A stretch of 62,337 nt of DNA, counting the filler, from Hausera hauseri (Eukaryota): the NCBI GenBank assembly GCA_046269625.1. It is 12 parts of 12 records of this genome, joined end to end, with 100 filler letters (N's around TTAATTAATTAA, not from the genome) between each part and the next. Parts side by side here need not be neighbours in the genome. Positions count along the whole stretch, not along the records: positions 56,222 to 62,337 come from JBJURY010138649.1; 11 more parts are not named here. One strand, 5' to 3'. A program made the translations under genes and the position numbers. Numbering within the stretch: position 1 is the stretch's first letter; the number at the start of each line of letters is the position of its first letter. Positions 58,213 through 62,337 of this stretch are shown piece after piece. A model generated the notes under the pieces. That model was given only the letters and a program-made list of their open reading frames with translations, made no database searches and was not told where the DNA came from.

Positions 58213-61200
58213 ATGACTTCCATGCCTGAGCAAAATCAAAGATGCAGTTAATACGTGTATTGCACATTTTCAATACACAACCCTCTATTATATCTGCCCA
58301 GGATGTGGGGCTGTATGTGATGGAGAATACATGTGGTGTTACGAAAATTATATTGGCCATTTAACAGACTTCAAGTCAAAGTCAAAGAAGGTCATTTTTA
58401 ATGAGCAGCATCCTGCTTTGGCAGCACAGCCTGCTTTGTTAGCACAGAGTGCTTTGGCAGCACAGTCAGTTGTACAGCCTGCTTTGACAGCAGGACTAAA
58501 ACGCATAGCAGCAGCAGAAGATGCTTCATCAAAAAGCCAAAGGCAGTGACCAGTTGATGTGGCATCATTAAAGAGAAAACTCCACAGATATGTTATTGAT
58601 GAAACAACCCTCCAAGATTTCCTCTTATACACGAAGGACGAGACAGGAATTTCTTCAGGACAACATGACTGAGCTCAAAGCCCTTAAGGTGAATATGAAA
58701 CTGATGGCCACATAGGTCAATGTTGATGGCGACGAATCCAATAGGGCCTTCAAGACCAAAAATAGACGCGTATTGAAAAACAAAATATAGCAGAATGGCT
58801 GCAAGAGGCGCACGAGAAGCTGATCCGTGAAGCCGAGGAGAGGCAGGATAAGAAATGCAGACGCACTCTGGCAACCATCAAGAGATTAATTGTGTATGTG
58901 CACAAGTACTCTCCTATGCGGGGCAGTTCATATATTCAGCTCCCTGACTTGATCGCAAATAAAAACGTGTCAATGTCCATAATAACGACATGTGGTTCAT
59001 GTATGCCATTCTATCAAAACTAGCAACGGATCAAATTCATGCTTCACGAGTTTGGCTATATAAGGATGTGTAGCACAACTGACTTCCAAGGTATCAAATT
59101 CCCTACATCCATAGATGAAGTCAAAAATTAGCAAAAGTTAACAAGTCCATCAATATCGTGGGATTTGATGAGGAAGACAAATACTAGCTGCTGCAGATAT
59201 TCGATGCTGAATTGGAAGATCATATGGATCTTCTACTAGACGATGGAGAGAAGAAACATTATGTTTGAATCAGACTGAGCGGCCTGTCATATCACAAATT
59301 ATGAAACTCCATGGACAACTAGAAATATGTAAACGATGCTTGTCCCATTTTAGCGGCGTTGAAGCTGAGGAGAAGCTGAAAGAGCACAAGATTTACTGCA
59401 ACAATAATTATTGTATCATGCCAGAATTTCCTAAGGAGGACTACATCGAATTCAAGGAGTTTGCGAAGAAGATCAATGTCCCAATAGTCATCTATTGCGA
59501 TTTTGAAGCGATCCTGCGACCAGTTCAGAGTTGCAGCCCTAATCCACAATATAGCAGCACAACGACATACCAATATCATGAGCTCTCCTCATATTGCATG
59601 TATGCCAGAGGACTGGACTGTGGAACATTTATTCAGGGGTCCATGCGCAGCAGCTCAGATAATGAAGCGACTTGAAGATATGGCTCATAGGCTTGGAGAT
59701 GTTACAACAGCATAAGGACGACATGAACATGTCGAAAATACAATAATGGCACAAGGCAACAGCATGTTGCTTGTACTCCAAAGCATTCACTAAGGCTAAT
59801 TATAAAGTCAGGGATCATTGCCATTTTACAATCACATATCGAGATGCGGCATGCAACAACTGCAATCTACGTTGCAAAACATGTACATATGTGCCTGTAG
59901 TGTTCCATAATCTAAGTGGATATGATTCCCATTTCATTTTTCGGGAACTGGGCAGCATTGTAGGAAACATGTGATTCCTAATAGTGAGGAAAGATACATC
60001 ACATTTGCGAAGCATGTTGGGAAAATCAGGCTTCGCTTTGTAGACAGTTTTCGTTTCATGTCGTCTTCACTTGTCAAATTAGTGAAGAACTTCCCTGCAG
60101 AAAAACTCAAGGAGACGAAGCGGTTTTTTTCCACTACATTTAACCTCGTCAAGAGGAAAGGCGTGTTTCCCTATGACTATATAACATGGGAAACACTGGA
60201 TGAGACCCTATTGCCGGCCTAGGAGGATTTTTACAATATCCTCTCTGATTGTGATATCAGTGATGCTGGTTACCAGCATGCTCAGAACGTCTGGCATGCA
60301 CTCCAATGCCGAACATTAGAGAATACAGCGACATATACATCAAGGCGGAGTTTATGTTTCTAACGGATGTCTGAGAGTTACTGGGATGTTACGATAAAGA
60401 GCCATGCATTGGATCCGGCTCATTTCTTTACGGCTGCAAGGATGAGCTGGGCAGCTATGAACATATACCGCTATTAGGCTGGAGATCATAAAGGATTACG
60501 ACATGATATGCAAGGCCATCCACCGGTATAACGAGGCCAACTACAATATATGGCCCAGTATGATCCATCCAAGGAATCCTCATATATCATACCTGGATTC
60601 CAACAACCTATATGAATAGGCAATGAGCGCCTCATTGCTTTATGATAACTTCAAGTAGGTCGAGCATCTTGTAAACATCCCTATACTGGACCTGGATCCC
60701 ACTGGAGATACGGGCTAAATACTGGAGGTAGATATGGAATATCCGGCTTCTAACCACACAATGCATCAACAGCTGCCTTTCCTTCCTGAGAGCAAGCCTC
60801 CGCCCATGGAAAGCATAGAAAGCTCCTCTGCCACTTGAATAGTATGGAGAGGTACGTAGTTTACTACATAAATCTGCAGCAGGCGGTCAGGGATGGACTC
60901 CGCATTACGAAGATCTATAGAGTCCTGCAGTTCAGCCAGTCCAACTAGCTGTAGCCCTGCATAGACCTCAATACGAAACTGCGGACAAATGTTAAGAACG
61001 ACTTTCAGAAGGACCCATTTAAGCTTTACAACAACAGGGTTTTTGGCATGACCATTGTGAATATCCGCAACAGGATCAATATCGAACTGGTATCTGAGTG
61101 GAAACGGCAAAGAAGCGTATTGCCAAGCCCAACTTCCACAGCAGCACAATATATACGGAGAACTTGGTAGGAATCCATATGCTGAAAACAGCATTGGTAT

Positions 61201-61777
61201 TCAACAAGCCCATATATGTGGGTATGGCAATATTAGATCTGTCAAAGACCTTGATGTACAATTTCCACTACGACATCATGGTCCCGTCACTCAAATCCAT
61301 GCAGCTGATGTACATGGAAACTGATAGTTTCATCTATCAGATCCATACAGAGGACATTTGAGGACTTTGTTAAGTTGGCACAGCATATGGATACATTGGA
61401 CAATCCGAAGGATCATCCCAACTATTCAATTGTCAATAAGTCGTAGGAAAATTCAAAGAGGAGGTGAATGGGGCAATCGTCTCGAGATTTGTAGCTCTCA
61501 GATCTAAAATGTATGCTCAAGACGTATGTGGTCAGATGAAAAAGAGAGCTAAGGGCGTTCAAAGGGTGACCTTAGCCAAGAACATCACTTTTGCGGATTA
61601 CGTAAGAGTTCTGCATGAGCAGACTCACATCATATCGGAAATGAGAAGATCCAATCTAGGGATCATAACATCCAAACAGTAACACTGCATAAGAAAAGCC
61701 TAGATTGGATGAATGATAAGGGGCAGATCTTAAGCGATGGAATCCATGCACTACCTCACGGACATGTAGCAATGTAA
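58213..61777 (+). pseudogene. Full-length but degenerate Polinton/adintovirus-type protein-primed DNA polymerase B with an endonuclease VII-like insert
   Basis: IYCDFEA (ExoI), VRDHCHFT..ACNNCNL, VFHNLSGYDSH (ExoII), RFVDSFRFM, RKGVFPYDY, YLDSNNLY (motif A), KLYNN (motif B), YMETDS (motif C), LRSKMYA, KRAKGV and the C-terminal ALPHGH. Many stops and frameshifts. Confidence 0.92.
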
Positions 61778-62337
61778 ATATTGTTATTCATTGTTATTCT
61801 TTGTTTAATGTTGTATAGAAATATCGTGTTGTTTTCTTGATCAAATGATGTGGGATATAGGATAAGGCCAAGTAAAGCTAAGTAAGTACTATATAGGTTA
61901 AGATCAACCAATTTCATAACAAATTTATTTAGTAACTATATAACTTTGACATAACGCTAAACACTTTTATAAGCATAATGTGAACCATGTTCACGATAAA
62001 TACATGTAATGTTCTCTGGCATAGCTACCAATTTGTTACATTCATATGCACATTCACAATTCTTGAAATATGCTATGAAATATCGTCTTTCGCCCATCAG
62101 CATGGTCTTTGACAAAACATGGATTCATTTATATCATACATTTCCAATAACTCGCATAAGGCAATCTCTGCAAAACTGGTTAGTATATTCTTCCTAAGTC
62201 AATTTATGATAATGTTGTGTCAAATAAGCATTTGTTGATTGAGCTTTGTTTGTACAACAATGCAGTGTAGGCCTAAAAATAGCATATATTACATCTACTA
62301 TACTAAAATTCACTTACGCAAATACGTAATGCAGTGG

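Noticed and set aside
1-62337. rRNA, tRNA, CRISPR arrays or prokaryotic operons
   Set aside because: None recognised. The content is eukaryotic TE-rich DNA with spliceosomal introns.

Overview
This window is not continuous DNA. It is 12 short AT-rich eukaryotic (animal-like) contigs joined by 11 artificial 100-nt spacers (N-run/TTAATTAATTAA/N-run), so neighbouring contigs need not be linked. It is dominated by transposable elements: two degenerate CsRn1-like Ty3/Gypsy copies, a nearly intact CR1/L2-group LINE, an intact circularly permuted Ty1/copia element, a heavily decayed copia relic, and three pieces of Polinton/adintovirus-type protein-primed DNA polymerase B. Host-type sequence comprises one complete two-exon TSP1/Ig membrane-protein gene, one IDH2-type exon, and scrambled intronless fragments of MSH5, exportin-T, an ABCA transporter and PRRC2. 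The most unusual content is Gypsy-type elements with extra cargo. (1) A family seen in two diverged copies has Pol continuing after integrase into a signal peptide, Cys-rich/FN3-like ectodomain, two hydrophobic segments and a REX4/ISG20-like DEDDh exonuclease fold lacking its catalytic residues. (2) One element has a chuvirus-type fusion glycoprotein upstream of protease-RT with no gag between them. (3) One element has a C3HC4 RING ORF running through the polypurine tract into the LTR. All family assignments come from motif recognition by eye, not database searches.
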